A stretch of DNA of 64,000 nucleotides from Xylographa opegraphella (taxonomy: Eukaryota): positions 1 through 64,000 of the forward strand of contig JALDZX010000079.1 in assembly GCA_022813865.1 (NCBI GenBank), written 5' to 3'. Positions 1 through 13,864 of this stretch are shown here, piece by piece. Both the position numbers and the translations under genes were made by a program. Position 1 is the stretch's first letter. Each line of letters opens with the position of its first letter. Below the pieces are notes generated by a model that was not told the origin of the DNA, ran no database searches, and worked only from the letters and a program-made list of their open reading frames with translations.

Positions 1-394
1 GGGGGGGGGGGGGTATGGGGCGAGTGGGCTGGGGGTGCGGGTTTTGGGAAAGGGGGGCGATGGAGGATCGTATACAGTCGAGTCTGGGGTTCTTCATGAT
101 GGGCTTTGAGCCGGTGGCCGAAGATGTATGTGGGCCATGCCACGGGCGAGTACCTCGAGCTTACGGATCTAGATCGGTTCCTTCTCGTTTCCTAAGAACA
201 CTTCCGGTGACGAAGTCTGCATCACGAGCGAGAGGCGGAAGTGGAGGCGGGGACATGGCCCACGAGAGATTTCAGTACCCCGTAGGCCAGGCTCAGACGG
301 ATCATGGATGCAGTCGATAGCGGGTTCATGTGAGTGAGTCGATGGCATGATACCTACCTACCTATACAGTCTATAAATCCTTACGAACGAGACC

Positions 395-909
395 ATATTT
401 GCTTTCCGCTCCTCTGAACGTCTTGGATATCAAATATGCAATGCAGGTAGTCTAGTCGACCGGATTTTCAGAATTATAAATGAATTGTTGAAAGGTACGA
501 TGGGTACTGAAGCGCAGTGGTCATTCTAGCAGAATATATGGGTAAACAAGTGTGTTGTATTAGCTATGAACAACTACGAGACTATATGCTCGCGCACTAG
601 CGTCACCGGGCCTACGGCGGCCCGAGCTCTCGCTATCCTGCAGGCAGGCCGGGACTCTATTTCTAACATGAATGATATTATGATATCTAGACCAGTCTAC
701 AGATCGTTTGAAAACTCTGTAGGCCGTATGGATTTGCGCGGTAGGAAGTTTCGATCCGTCCATGGTATACTGTATGATGCGTGCATGCTCCTGAACGAGT
801 TCGATATCTTTGTGGGAGACTAGGTAGTGATGTCGAATGCAAGATATGCTACCTACGCGCCAACTAAGCCTCATTATGAAAGCTACAGACCCTTCAGACC
901 CTATTGGTG
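395..909 (+). pseudogene. Possible degenerate (RIP-like) gene relic of unknown product
   Basis: One frame runs 395-909 with only two internal TAG stops (527-529, 821-823). It begins at accATA (possible ATG>ATA) about 20 nt after TATAAAT (372) and is visibly TpA-rich. No family recognised. Confidence 0.3.
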
Positions 910-1138
910 ACACGAACAATGCAGTAAGAGTTTAATTCGTCAATGCCATGATACACAAACTCTCCTGAAAGAGCCAACATCGTACTTCCAGTCGTATCGG
1001 ATCCGAAGTATGCTACCTCATCACCAGATCCACAGACCGCTCCCGCAGATCACACGCACGCTATGCCGACGCGTCAAGAAAAATCCAACCGTATAAACAC
1101 CACAAAAATGCACATGCACCCCCTCTTCCCCCGCCCCC

Positions 1139-3647
1139 TCACATAGACTCCACGCCCTGCGCGCCCCGTCCCTCCCTCTCCATCTTAGCCTGCGCCCGCT
1201 CGGCCCGCCGCCTCTTGCGATTGATCGCATAGTCCGCACTCGCCTCCGTCGCGGTGCCGTCGTACGTGCCCGGACTGCCCACGCTGCCGACGGGCCCCAA
1301 CGGCGAGCTGCTCATCGGCATGGGCGGCGGTGGCGGGTACGGTCCCGGCTGAGGGACGGCCAGCCTGCCCTGGTTGAGCTGCTGCTGCTCGGCTTGCAGG
1401 TTCGCCCGCTCGCGCTCCATCTCCATGGCTTGCTGCCTCTCGAGCGCCTCCGTCCGGCGCCAGCGCTCCCCACCGACGCCTAGGTCGGGACCGCTGAGGG
1501 TGCTTGCGCTATCGTTTCGGCGACGACGGCCGTTGCGATCCCCGGATGAGCGTCTCGCCGCGCGTTCTGCAGCAGCTTCTTCTTCGGGTAGGCGTCGGAG
1601 CGTCACGTGTCTGCCATCGCTGTGCATCTTGACCTTGACACTGACCGGGCCTTGTGAGCCTACACTCTCCTCACCAGCGCTCGCGCTGGCGCGATTCGAG
1701 TTTCGGTCTCGACGATTGCCTATAGCTTCACCAGCTAGCAGACCTGCGGCGCCACCCGCTGCGGCAGCTGCGGCAGCATCATAAGGTCGATGGCGACGGT
1801 GATTGCGACCGCTGGCTGAGGTGTACATTTCTGAGCCAGAAGAATCGTGATGGAGAATTCCTTGGTGGTCCGGTGGGATTGGAGGCATAACCACCGCTCC
1901 TGGTGGCGGCGGTGGAAGGGGGCCAGGGATGGCTGTATTGCTGGCCCGGGGAGTCATATGTTGTCGTTCCCGATCGTTGAGAAGTGTCCCACCTCCTAAT
2001 GCACCCGCCATGACCGGGATTGTACCACCGGGTAGTGGTGGGGGCGAGTACGTGCGGTGTCGACCGATTTCCTCCGAGAAATCCGTGCTCGCACCTACAG
2101 AAGATTGGACAGCACCACGACGTGGAGGTCGGACACCATCGCCGGTGTAGCGTTGACTATTCTGTCGGGCTATACGTTCATCTTCGATTTCTTGTTCCCG
2201 TAAAGCATCGATACGTCGCTGTTCCTTTCTTTCACGCCGCTTTTGGAAGACATTGCGCGCTAGACCAACAGCGCCGAGACCCAGGACGGCATCGCGAAGG
2301 CCGTGACCACGACGCTGTTTGCTCGGGCTGCCACTCTCATAACTCTCCTCGGAAGCCAGACTTGTACTCCGGCGATGATTCAGAGGCTGAGTCTGGCCCT
2401 GATTGAGGGGACGTCGACCACTTGGTAGTGGTCGACCTTCTTCTGCTCGTTCCACCCTCTCGATACTGTCCTCTGTAGTGACGGTCGCTCCACTATCGTG
2501 GTCATCGTCGTCTCGGTCCTTTCTTCCCAAAAGCCGCGTGACATAGTACGACGCCGCTGCAATCGCACCTACACCAAGAAGCTTGTCTCGGAACCTGCCA
2601 CCTCCCTTGCCAGAGTCATGACTGTATTGCGAATATTTCTCTTCCTCGACATAAGAACCCGAATGTCTTCGCGATCCAATGACCTCCGGATCATCACGGC
2701 GTGACGTTCTGTTTCGGAATCGATTTGCCAAAGCGCCTAGACCCCCACCCACTGCTGCTCCTTCAGCCAACTTACCCAGCCGGCCATGCCCGCGTCTTTC
2801 GTTCACGATACTACCAGAACCAGAAGCATAACTGTAATTGCTCTCGTCTCTACCTCTATGCTTTTTCCGACGAAAGTCCAAGATAAAGTAAATCACAAGC
2901 AAGGTAAAGACTGCCAAAGTATAGAGTACAAATAAGTAAAGCGGAGCTCCATACAGGGTGAGACCCAGAGGCACCTGAACGAGTCCGATGAGAGCTATAG
3001 TACGACCGAGCCACTTGTGCAGCTAGTCGTGGTTAATGTGCATACTTGAAAGAATTGCTTGGCGGAGGAACATACCACCAATTTGACTGGCTCGTAGATC
3101 AATCTCTTCCGCTTCTCCCTGGCATTCACCCACCAGCCACCGATAAATTGGATCAATACCAAGACAAAAATTGCAACCCCTATACCATGATGTGGATTTG
3201 TCAGACTCCTCTCCGGACCGACGGCGAAAAATCCAAGGATGAAGATGACGGTCGTCAACAAGACGGTCATGATCTGCAGCCAGACGTGGATGCGAACATG
3301 CATATAAGGGTTCCGATATTTGTAGAACCGTACCACCAGGATTGCGGCCGGGACAATGAAGAGGAAGGTGATGGCGGCGAGAATGCCATGGGCCAAGATG
3401 AGGGTGTAATATTGAGGGATCTCTCGAAAGCGATTCCCCATACCTGAGAAGGATTAGCCAATATGTCATTTTGTGGAGTCATGCTCATAAGGGTACCATT
3501 ATATCGCATTGTATTGTAGTTGAGGCCTTGCAGATTGGGTAGCAGGAAGGTATTCCGCTGTGAATCCCACGTGCCATCGCCGACGTACATTGTGGGCGAA
3601 TTGTATGTGCTACTGCCTGGAGGGGCCAGCTGCGGTGAGGGAGACAT
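1139..3647 (-). CDS. Cytochrome b561-like membrane protein with long disordered C-terminal tail (2 introns)
   Basis: Exons join MSPSPQLAPPG..MRYNG / MGNRFRE..EPVKLV / LHKWLGR..VESM across GT-AG introns near 3445-3495 and 3025-3075. Four spaced His in TM segments (LAHG, RIHVWLQ, PHHGIG, LHKWLGR) match b561 heme ligands. Confidence 0.75.
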
Positions 3648-4893
3648 GATGGCAAGGTCGATGCCGACGAGCAATCAAGTGATTAGGAGCGAAGCAGGCG
3701 GCGAGAGATGGTCGGTGAGGCTGAGGGACGGAGATGCCTCGATCTCCACCTATGTTTGCTCACCCATGCGACAGCTCTGATATATCGAACGACGATCGGG
3801 AGTTGTGAGCTTTGTATCGGCGACGAGGCTGCTGGGGAAGCCGCAAGAGCTTGTGTGGGTGTGTACTTTCGGATGATAAGTTTCCCCGGCTTAGGGCAAG
3901 CTGGAAGCCACAGCTCTGATGGTTGATTGACCGTTGCTGGATATCGTGAGTGGTATGAGTAAGGTATCTACGTGGCCGTAAAGGACAGAAGTCCAGTTGA
4001 ATTCGAGCTCCACACCAGGGTGAATCCGTCTTGAAGAAGTTGGCAGCTGTCCGGAGATCTGAAAAAGGCTGGTCGTCCCGTCGGATCAATACGTGCACGC
4101 TAGCTTCGGGGGCGGGGGTAGTCCGGAGCAACTGGCGCATGGACAGGGGTTCTTATCGATAAGACCAACGAAGAATGGACAGGCTGCAAGGTACTGACGT
4201 GCACGTAGCTTTCAGTATCGTGCCCAAGGAAGGATGGACGCAAAGAGTAAGATACTTCAGATACAGTCAAATACGGGGAGATTATTGGCTTCATATTCCA
4301 GGTCGAGACAAGAGCCACAGCGAAGGTCGATACCACGATGCTACGGATACATATCGCTTGGAAATCACTTCTCGCAAGACCCAGCCCGCCCAGGCACACA
4401 GGAACAGCTTGTCCGGAGGCGAGTTTGTGAGCTGATGATTCCCCGACCGCACGCATTATCATTCTTTTTTCATTAACTTTTCTCATCGATTTTATGGTTG
4501 GAGCGCTCACAGGACGAAGCATTGATCGACTACTGCAAAGCCCGTCACTTTCACTTCCGTCTCTGGCTCGACTGCATGCCCCGTCAATCCCCCGGTCGCG
4601 GCGTGCTGACTGGGACTGGCAAGTTACCGCCGAGTTGTGCCTCCCCCCACCCTCAAACACACACCGGCGGCTACAGCTCTGTCCCACGCTTTCATTGGTC
4701 CTGCTCGGCACCCCTTCGCACCTTTGCACCATCTCACCATTGCCTCGACTCCTCTCACAAAAACGGTCTTGGCCGCCGTCTGCCAGACCTGCCATCTCTC
4801 CTCATTAATATCGCCAGTCGCGAGACTTCACCAAGCCCTTCAGCAGTGACCTTCTTGTCCTCGAGTGCGAACCATCCGTCTCCCTTCGCCAAC

Positions 4894-5898
4894 ATGAAGA
4901 TGCCGTCGCTGTCCTGGATCAACCTCGAATGGCGATGGCAGAAGTTCTTCTACGTCCTTGTCGTGGCTGAGGTCCCTTTCACCGTCTCAGCACTTGCACT
5001 CTACGGCATTGCGGATCCTGACCTATATCGCACACAACTGTGGCAAGAAGGCGCAAACCACGGCTGGAACAGCGATCCGATCGAGATCCTCTACTCCTAT
5101 GCGAACTATGCACCCATCGACACTCCCACTCCATGGAACCAATGGTACGTTTGGCGCGGCGGATCCTTGGCTGGATCGACTCTGACAGCATGTGCGCATT
5201 AGGATTACAACCTACAATGTCGTTATCGCGGTCCTGTCCATGTTTGTTATGCTGGTCAAGACCGTGATGTATATCACAGATACCTTCCCGCCACTCCTAT
5301 CAGTCATCATCCATGGAACGCTGGCCGTATTGTATGCCGTGTCTATCGACCACCAGGCCGCATCCGACTATAGCGACCCACTGCATCCGTCGAAATACCC
5401 GTGGTATTTGACCCGAGGCTGTGGCGCTCCGGTCAACCCGAACCTGAAAGGGTACTGTCAGCAAGCTCAGGGTGCATTTGCAACGACCGTCTGTTTATGG
5501 TAGGTGTCGTCTGCGATGAATTTTGTTGTACAATCGGGCTGCGAAGCACTCAAAAGAAAATCAAGGCTGATCTGACTCTTCACAGCGCGCTTTTCACCCT
5601 TCATATGGTCATTGCGTTAGTCTGCTGTCGCCGGACCAAGGAACAGAGGATAGAGCTCGATTCCAAAACATTAGACCTTGAATCTCCAGGGTCGACCTTC
5701 GATGACAGGAAATGGGAGATGGAAATGAGCCATTATCCGAGAACTCCAGGAACGACGGGTGGAATGAAGACGCCGATGACTCCCCGAACATTGGCCTTCA
5801 ATACACTCGATGGTGCGCTACCCAACCGCCGCCCGAATAAGGACCTGCCTCTGCGACACCATATTGCGATGGGAAGTGAGACTTTTAAAGGGCGGTAA
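4894..5898 (+). CDS. Conserved fungal four-TM membrane protein (MARVEL-like topology), 2 introns
   Basis: ATG 4894 (MKMPSLSW). Introns about 5145-5202 and 5500-5585 join three ORF-track segments. Hydrophobic TM segments, a Cys pair in a loop (WYLTRGC..GYC) and a C-terminal PMTPRTLAF motif. Confidence 0.7.
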
Positions 5899-6740
5899 AT
5901 GCGGAGGAAACAACCCGAGAATGTCAAACTTCTATGGGGACTTTCGACATGAAACATAGGGCGCCTGTAAGGGATGATTTGGTGTTTGGAGCGAGTTTGG
6001 AGGATTCGTTACACGTGAGCAAGATGTGTGGTTGCCGGATCACTTTGTAAACTATCCAAGGAAAGAACCTTGATTTGCCTAGATGGTGTCACAACCGACG
6101 TGCTCATGACACAGATTGCGGTGAATAATAAAGCGCGCAGGATGAGTGAACAGTAAGGCAAGGTATCTACCTACCTGGACTACCTATACTCCTATAGTAG
6201 ATACTCCGTAGCCTAGCCAGAAACGTGCTGCCTCGAGGCGGAATGAGGGGCCGGCTGCAGGACAGCGTCACTGCCCCTCGACAAAGAACAACCCGCCAGT
6301 CCCTCCCTAACGACTACGTTCAGCTCCTCCTCTGTATTCATCTGGTCTGGAAACGCCTTTTCGTCTGGGAATATAGCCGCCGTTCCCAGCTTCAGCTACT
6401 CGATCATTTGTACAGCTGCATCCTCTGGTCCTTCACACCTCTGCGCCGCATGACCTCTACCTGTCAGGTTCAGCTTCTTCATACACGATCTGCGACTCAC
6501 GGACAGCCAGCACAAGTACAACTTGCAGCACGTGTGGCTCGGTGCTACTAGTCACGAGTCAGGACGTCCTTGGGTTCAACCTGCGAGACGGGCTCCCCAT
6601 TTCTCGAGGTGCGCCTTTGACAAGGTGCAGCTCTGAAGTTGCCCCGATCGTCTACCTTCCAGTGCCTTCATTCAAACACTCCATAGACACAAGGGCTCCT
6701 TGAGGGAAGCCGCTGCATCAGTCTTTGTACTTCAAATTGG

Positions 6741-9700
6741 ATGCCCCATTTGCCAGACCATTCCATCGTCGACGAGAAGATACCACAAAACACAATCGTA
6801 AATAACCAGGAGGAGTCTTCAAAGGGAAGAACGTCTGCAAATAAAACAATAGGGAAGTCTCGCAAGAAGCATGAAGCTGGAGGAGAGCAGTCAAACAAAG
6901 AGAAGGCGGCCAAGGCATCACAGAACGACGTGTAAGTAGCCACGTATGAGCATCTTAGTACACACCACTCTCGCTGTCAGAGAGCCGCTTTTCCAACCTT
7001 TAGGCCGCAGACTGACTTTGACGTAAAAATTAGAATTGAAACGTCAACCCACGCCGATGTTTACCGTAGCCCATCTCCGCCGCCGTCTCTGCCTATCAAC
7101 ACTGCAACTTCCTCTGTTCTTACCGCACTTGCTACGACTTCTGCGTGCAATAGCACACCGTTCGACCCAGATTCCTGGCCAGGTAGCCATCCATACGGCA
7201 GAAGTCCGCCACAACGTGGCCATGATGAAGTAAGCCTAGCAGGTTCACCTGGCGGCTACCCACTGTATGGTGAAGAACTGCGCGGAGGCTTCAGCAATGC
7301 TTCTCCAGCTACATCTCCTCGATCTGCATATCGCGTTCCAAGTAGACCTAGCAACGGTTATCAGAGCTTCGGGGACTATCTAGGATCATCTCCCGGTAGG
7401 GGTAGACCCGTCTCGATGCCTGCTCAGTTTTCGATGTCTCCCCCTCTGCCTCACCACCCTCAACCTCACTTTTACGGCGTGAGTGAAGCGGATCTTGGTC
7501 TCCCCGCAACACGGAATACCAATAAAAGAGCTGGCGGCATTGCTTTCTGTGCATTTGATTCGCTGGCTTCCGCTGGAAGTGGAACACCTACATCGACGGA
7601 GAACGTGCTGCTTGCCGCAGTGGAGCACGGCGTTGTCGTTTATGCTGTCGAGAAAGATAAGTTACACGTCCTAGGACGTCTCGAAGGTTTTCATGGCGAC
7701 CTTATTGGGGCGAAAATATTACCCTGCCGGCCAAGCATAGATCCCTATCGACAAGTACGGCCCTTGATTGTGGTTGTTCTTCACGGCCCGGTCCTGCATG
7801 AACAGAAATCACGGCTGGGCATTGTGGACAATCACGATGGTGCACCTGACAATCGAGTGTCGGATGAAAGGCAACAATATAACCATAGTCTTCCGCAAGA
7901 CTCAATAGCACAGTTCCAAACTACGGTCGAAGTTTACTCCTTGCGAGATAGAAGACATCTTGCAACACTATATCGTGGTCCTCCGATAAATAGCAAGCCT
8001 CATTTTGGAGGACAGATGGTGGAACCTCCTTTACCTGCAGACAGCTTAAGTCTCCAGGCCAAGGGACGATTTTTGATCCTTAGTTCGGGTGTCAGTGGCG
8101 AAGTTTACGTTTTTGAAATATCCTCTAGGAATTCTGCAGCCACTGAGCCGGCCATCAAGTGTTTGGCCAAATACTGGACCAGCACACCTGTCCGCAAAGC
8201 TCGAACCTACTCTGATTCATCTACGTCTTCGGAAGCTGAGAGCGCTCATGAAGCATCACCGAATCGGCCAGCCCGATCAGAAGCTCCCATTGTTTCATTG
8301 AGTGATCGATGGCTGGTTATTGCACCCCCAGTCTCCTCCAGCCGGTCTACGTTACACGGAATCGTTGATCAATCCATCGTCAGGAACAAGCCTTTGTGGA
8401 TCAAATCTCATACTTCCCCTGCACAGTTCCATGTCACCTGTGAACTCGAAAATCCGGACGAGGAAACTCTTTTCGATCGAGTTGCTCGTGATGTTACTCA
8501 AGAAGTCATTAAAGGAGCGAGATGGGTGGGAAGTCAAGGGATACAAGCCTGGCACAGCTACTGGAACAAGTCTCCAGGACTGCATCACGCGTCTGAGACT
8601 GGACAGCATTCCGGTTCCTCGCAGCAATCTCACCAGATCTTTCCGCCCACACATGCGAACAATGACCGAAATCGTGTAAGCAGTCAGCCGACTTTGATAT
8701 CCATCATAGACCTCGAAAAACTATCAGAGGGACAGATGACAAGACCAGGTTTAGCAGCAAATTATCAACCCATTGCTACTTTTGCACTACCTAGCGGTTG
8801 TAGCTTCGTGTCTCTAAACCCTACTGGCTTGAGCCTCTTGACAGCAAGTATGAAAGGCGACGTTACCTACGTCTGGGATTTGATGCGTGTAGCGTATGGA
8901 AAGAGAAGCATAGTCGAGTCGCCCGAGAAAACGACCATTGGGGCCGGAGCTGTGGTCCGCCGGATCGCACGTTTCCCTCGGATGACAGTGGCAAATATAG
9001 TGGATGTTGTATGGACCGAACCCAAAGGCGAGAGATTGGCTATGGTGACGGACCGAGGCACCGTGCACATATACGACTTGCCAGCCAACGCGTTTCAATG
9101 GCCTCCGCTACGTCAGATCGCACGACCGGTCACTGCTCCTAGTGGCCAAGGTGCCGCAGACTCCGCTTCAACAAAGGACGACGCTTCGGGCGGATCGGGC
9201 GGAGCGGGCGGAACATTCTTCAACATGGTCACCGGTCGCGCACAGCCTCTACTGGCTGCTGTTCGCGGACGTCCTCCTAATATTACGAATGCAATAACTG
9301 GCTTTAGCGGCTTCAACATCACCGCCGGAGCTGCTGCCGGTGCGGGAGCCAAGGGCGGCAAGGCGGTCGTGGCAGGAATCAGCAAGTCCGTGGGTGCAGC
9401 AACTGGGACGGTGAATACAATCCGGCATCTTGGCGAGAATCGCTTGCATATACCAGGTGCACCTAATTCGGTAGTACGTGGCTGTGTGCGCTGGCTCAGT
9501 GGAAAAGATCGAAGCCTGCTGGCGGTGGTTGGGAAGGGTGTCCTACGGGTGCATGATGTCCGACAGAGCACTGTCGTCAAGGCCGGTCGAAGGCGACCGT
9601 CGGTTATTGGTGGGCAACCTGTAGAGTTCCCGATTCCGAACAATCCAGCTCGACCAAACAACGTGCCAACTGCCTTTAGCGTTAGTGAGAATGACTCCAC

Positions 9701-10166
9701 CTCATTGGCTGGGTATTGGACCCAATCGACAGCAAAGTCATATCCAGCCAAAGGGCCTCGGCACGCTCTTCACCCATTGTCATACGCGGAAATCGAAACC
9801 AATGCTCCCTACCAGCCATTCCATACCGATCACCGCATCACCATGAATGTATACGAAGAAAACCCTGGTGCTGGTGATATCTATCATCTGCACGACTCGG
9901 CAGCGTGGGTGTTTGGTGAGGACATACCCAGTATTCAAGTCGCAACGGGTGCATCGGTCTCGTCCGAACAGGGGATCGAGGCGACCGCGCACGACGAGCC
10001 GGCCGGGATGGAGAATGTGATCAGCCTCGAGGGTGATGGTGAAGGAGGCCGGCAGGTCATCGTGACGACCAGACGACGCAAACGAGGCAAAGGGGAAGAG
10101 GAGTCGGAGGAAGGCATTTTCGAAGACGCGGCGGAACTCGTGGACTTTGTAGATGAGAGGGTGTAG
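6741..10166 (+). CDS. BCAS3-like WD40/beta-propeller protein (1 intron)
   Basis: Exon 1 6741-6931, intron GTAAGT..TAG 6932-7033, then an open frame continuous with the 916-aa ORF. The segment LLTASMKGDVTYVWDL..RMTVANIVDVVW..AMVTDRGTVHIYDL resembles the BCAS3/PROPPIN-like propeller. Confidence 0.7.
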
Positions 10167-11157
10167 ATATGCTTTTGGAGTTTGTTTGTCTCAGTCTTTG
10201 CATGGATGATGGCTCGTACCACACCGGACTTGACTTCTCTACCGGCGTTATCGTCATTCTGCATGCATTTTGTCAATTCGGGCAGTCGGGTGTACGGTGG
10301 TTCGTTACTTGGGAGGCGATTTGTGAAGTGAGGATTCTCTGTGGGAGGGACGAAAGGGGTCACTAGTTGGGAGTCCGACCGCACGTCGTTGGCATACGAT
10401 CGAGCATACGATGCCAGAGGCTGCAGATAGAGGCCAGGCGAGGGCTGTAGGTGTGCCATCTTGATTCAATTGAGTTTGGAAGACGGTGAATCCGTGTGCA
10501 TTGTGAGATCCCGCTGGCAGTATGATCGATAACGGTCAAGTGATGTGTTGTTTTGGAGTGTCATTGCCTTTGAGTAGGTATCTACTCTTTCTATACTGAG
10601 GTTTACGTGATGGGTTTGTGGAGGTGTGGAGGGGAGGTGGTATCCGTCGTTGGTGAGCTGCTTTGCAGGCGATGACACTGAGAGAAGACACGGTCGAGTT
10701 GAGAAGCCTCATGAATCAAGGAGAGATAGTGAAGGACAGTACTAGCATGAGGATGGAGGCTCAATAAGGGACCTGTCTGTTGGTGCTGGCTGCAGATGTT
10801 CTCGTGGTGGGATAATTCACTTCGGTGTAGTCTGGATAGTTATAGTAGAACATGAGCTTCTCATTCATGATCGAAACAGTCTTATTTAGGGTCCTGTCAC
10901 TTGTATAATCAACGGGGAGAGTAGTGTTGGATGTGTGGTAGATAGTATGGACTCAGGTAGATGAGAGATACAAAGAGTTATTATCCACTTCCACTTCTAT
11001 TATATCTAGATTACTTCCACTTCCACATCGCTTCGCGTCGCGTCAAATTCCTGCCAAGCGCGCTGCAGGCTCTCATTGAAGATTTCTTTTGGTCGACAGG
11101 CTCCAAGTTCTTCTTGCCACTCTCCCTGCCGGACTTTTCTAATTCCTCTTCTGCGAC

Positions 11158-13164
11158 ATGGAGACCTTTGAAGGAATCCACCTAGATATTTCAAAACAGT
11201 CCGGCAAATGCAGGATTGCGGAAAGCGGACTGGGTTGGAAACCCTCTGGCGGGGGCGACACATTTACCCTGGACAACAGCAATATTGCTGGAGCCCAATG
11301 GAGTCGCGCATCAAGAGGCTACGAGCTGAAGATATTGTCGCGAGAGTCTGGGATCATACAACTGGACGGCTTTGACACAGAAGTGAGAGTGGCCCTCCAC
11401 GCGTATGCGAAGGATCCTTTGCTAACCCTCCCAGGACTTTGACCGGGTCGGCAAGGCGTTCAAGCTTTTCTACGGCATCAATCTGGAAAACAAGGAGCAT
11501 GCTTTACGAGGCTGGAATTGGGGCAAAGGGGAGTTTGGAAAGGCGGAGCTTGCGTTCAACGTTCAGAACCGGCCCGCGTTTGAGATACCGTATTCGGAGA
11601 TCTCAAACACCAATCTGGCGGGGAAGAATGAGGTATCGGTGGAGTTCTCGCTGCCTGCGGACGGGAATGAGACGGGCACAAACGGCCATCTTGGTGGCGC
11701 TCGAGCCAAGGGGCGCAAGACGGGTGGAGCGAGGGACCAGCTCACGGAGATGAGATTCTACATACCGGGCACAACCACGAAGAAGACAAAGGATGAGAAT
11801 GGAGATGATATGAGTGTGGATGGTGAGGAGGTGGAGGAGCAGAACGCGGCGAATCTCTTCTATGATACCCTCATGGAGAAGGCCGAGATTGGAGAGGTTG
11901 CGGGAGACACCTACGCCACGTTCCTGGATGTCCTGCACCTTACTCCGAGGTGCGTCGTGTTAAGCTTAGTATGCTGCAAATGCTGACGCCTCCACAGAGG
12001 ACGGTTCGACGTCGATATGTACGAGAAGTCTTTCAGACTGCGCGGGAAGACTTATGACTACAAAGTCCTTTACGAGTCGATCAAGAAGTTCATGATCCTG
12101 CCGAAGCCGGACGACCTACATACTCTGATATGCATTGGTCTGGATCCCCCGCTACGCCAAGGTCAAACCAGATACCCGTTCCTGGTTATGCAATTCAAGC
12201 GGGACGAGGAGGTCGAGCTTGACATCAACATGACTGAGTGAGTTGGATTCTCTGTCCTGATTTGTATTCACTCACAGTTTCACAGAGAAATGATCGAGGA
12301 GAAGTACAAGGGCAAGCTACAAGCCCACTACGAGCAGCCGCAGCACTCGATCGTCGCTCAAGTCTTTCGAGGACTGGCAGGGAAGAAACTAATCACACCA
12401 TCGAAAGATTTCGTGAGGTATGTCGGGGTCACGTCTTGTAGCCAGCCGATCAACTAACTCGTTCAGTCATCATCAGCAGTCTGGTGTCAAGTGTAGCATC
12501 AAGGCAAACGAAGGTCATCTGTTCTGTCTTGACAAGAGCTTTATGTTTGTGCCGAAACCTGCTCAATATATCTCGTTCGATAACATCTCCGTCATCGTCA
12601 TGTCGAGAGTCGGAGGGGCGATATCAGCAAGTCGAACGTTCGACATCACCATCACCCTGAAACAAGGTGCCGGGGAGCATCAGTTCAGCAATATCAATCG
12701 GTGAGCTCGCCATCTAATATATGATCTGCTGTAGCTGACTTGCGAAACAGCGAGGAGCAAAAGCCGCTGGAAGAGTTCTTCGAGATCAAGAAGCTGAAGA
12801 CCAGAAACGAAATGCTCGACAATGTAAGCTCACCCCTGATGGACCATACTCGCTTGCCTAACAACCATCGTAGTCGAGTACACTCATCGCTCAAGCTCTC
12901 AAAGACGAGGACATGGCTTCCTCCGACGAAGAAGTCGTCGCCCCCGGTGCAGACCGCGGCAGTGCAGACGAAGACGACGAGAGCGTCGACGAAGACTTCC
13001 AAGAAGACTCGGAGTCCGACGTCGCTGAGGAGTTTGATTCCGCGCACGAGAGCAGCGGCGGATCCGACGACGAGGAAATGGCAGACGGGAACGCCAACGA
13101 AGCCGCCCCCAAGACTGCGCCCGTGCCCGAGCGGCCGAAGAAGAAGGTCAAAACGACAAAGTGA
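11158..13164 (+). CDS. POB3: FACT complex subunit POB3/SSRP1 (about 6 introns)
   Basis: Characteristic motifs GLGWK, LRGWNWG, FLDVLHLTPRGRFDVDMY, LDPPLRQGQTRYPFLV, GVKCSIKANEG and FSNINR, plus an acidic C-terminal tail and a basic end. Multiple GT-AG introns. Confidence 0.95.
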
Positions 13165-13864
13165 GGTGGCGAAGGAAGGATGGAATGTGTTGCATGGGGT
13201 CTGGGTTGCATACTCGTACGGCGGCGTTCAGCGGAGTGAAGACATCCCAAGCCGTCGCCGTCCCTGATGGACAGGGCTGCGGGGTTGTTTGTTGTTATTT
13301 TTTCTTCCCCCCCGGCTGAGTAGCTGGGTGGGAGATGTGGGATGTGAGCATTGGGATTTTTGATTAGGAAATAGTGACATCGTCTCGTACGATTGTTCGG
13401 TGCTGCTTCCGGTTTTTGTGACTGCTGCGCTAGATATTTGCTTCCGTGACGGACCAACGCCTAGAGCGAGTGACCGAGAATCCACTGGATGCAGTGATTT
13501 CGCGATACGTTGGGTTTCGTATGGAAATGATGCTGTAGAGACTGGTTTATAACTTTGTTACAGATAGTGATCGTTAACAATATTCCGCCAGGCTACTACT
13601 GTATACCTTACTATGTCTGTATTTTGGCGTTTAGGATAACTACCGCGCCTATAAGGCTGACTGAACTGCCCAAATACGCGACCAAAGTAAACACCACCAC
13701 CGGCTCCACCACAACCTCACTCCTCAAGTCCCTCTCCACCGCCATCTCCACGCGCACAACTCAAAACGGTTCGGTCCACCCCATTACTTGCCTTCCACCC
13801 ACCCTCCCACCTCAACAAAACCCAACAACCCACAACCATAGGCACAACCACCACAACCAGCAGC

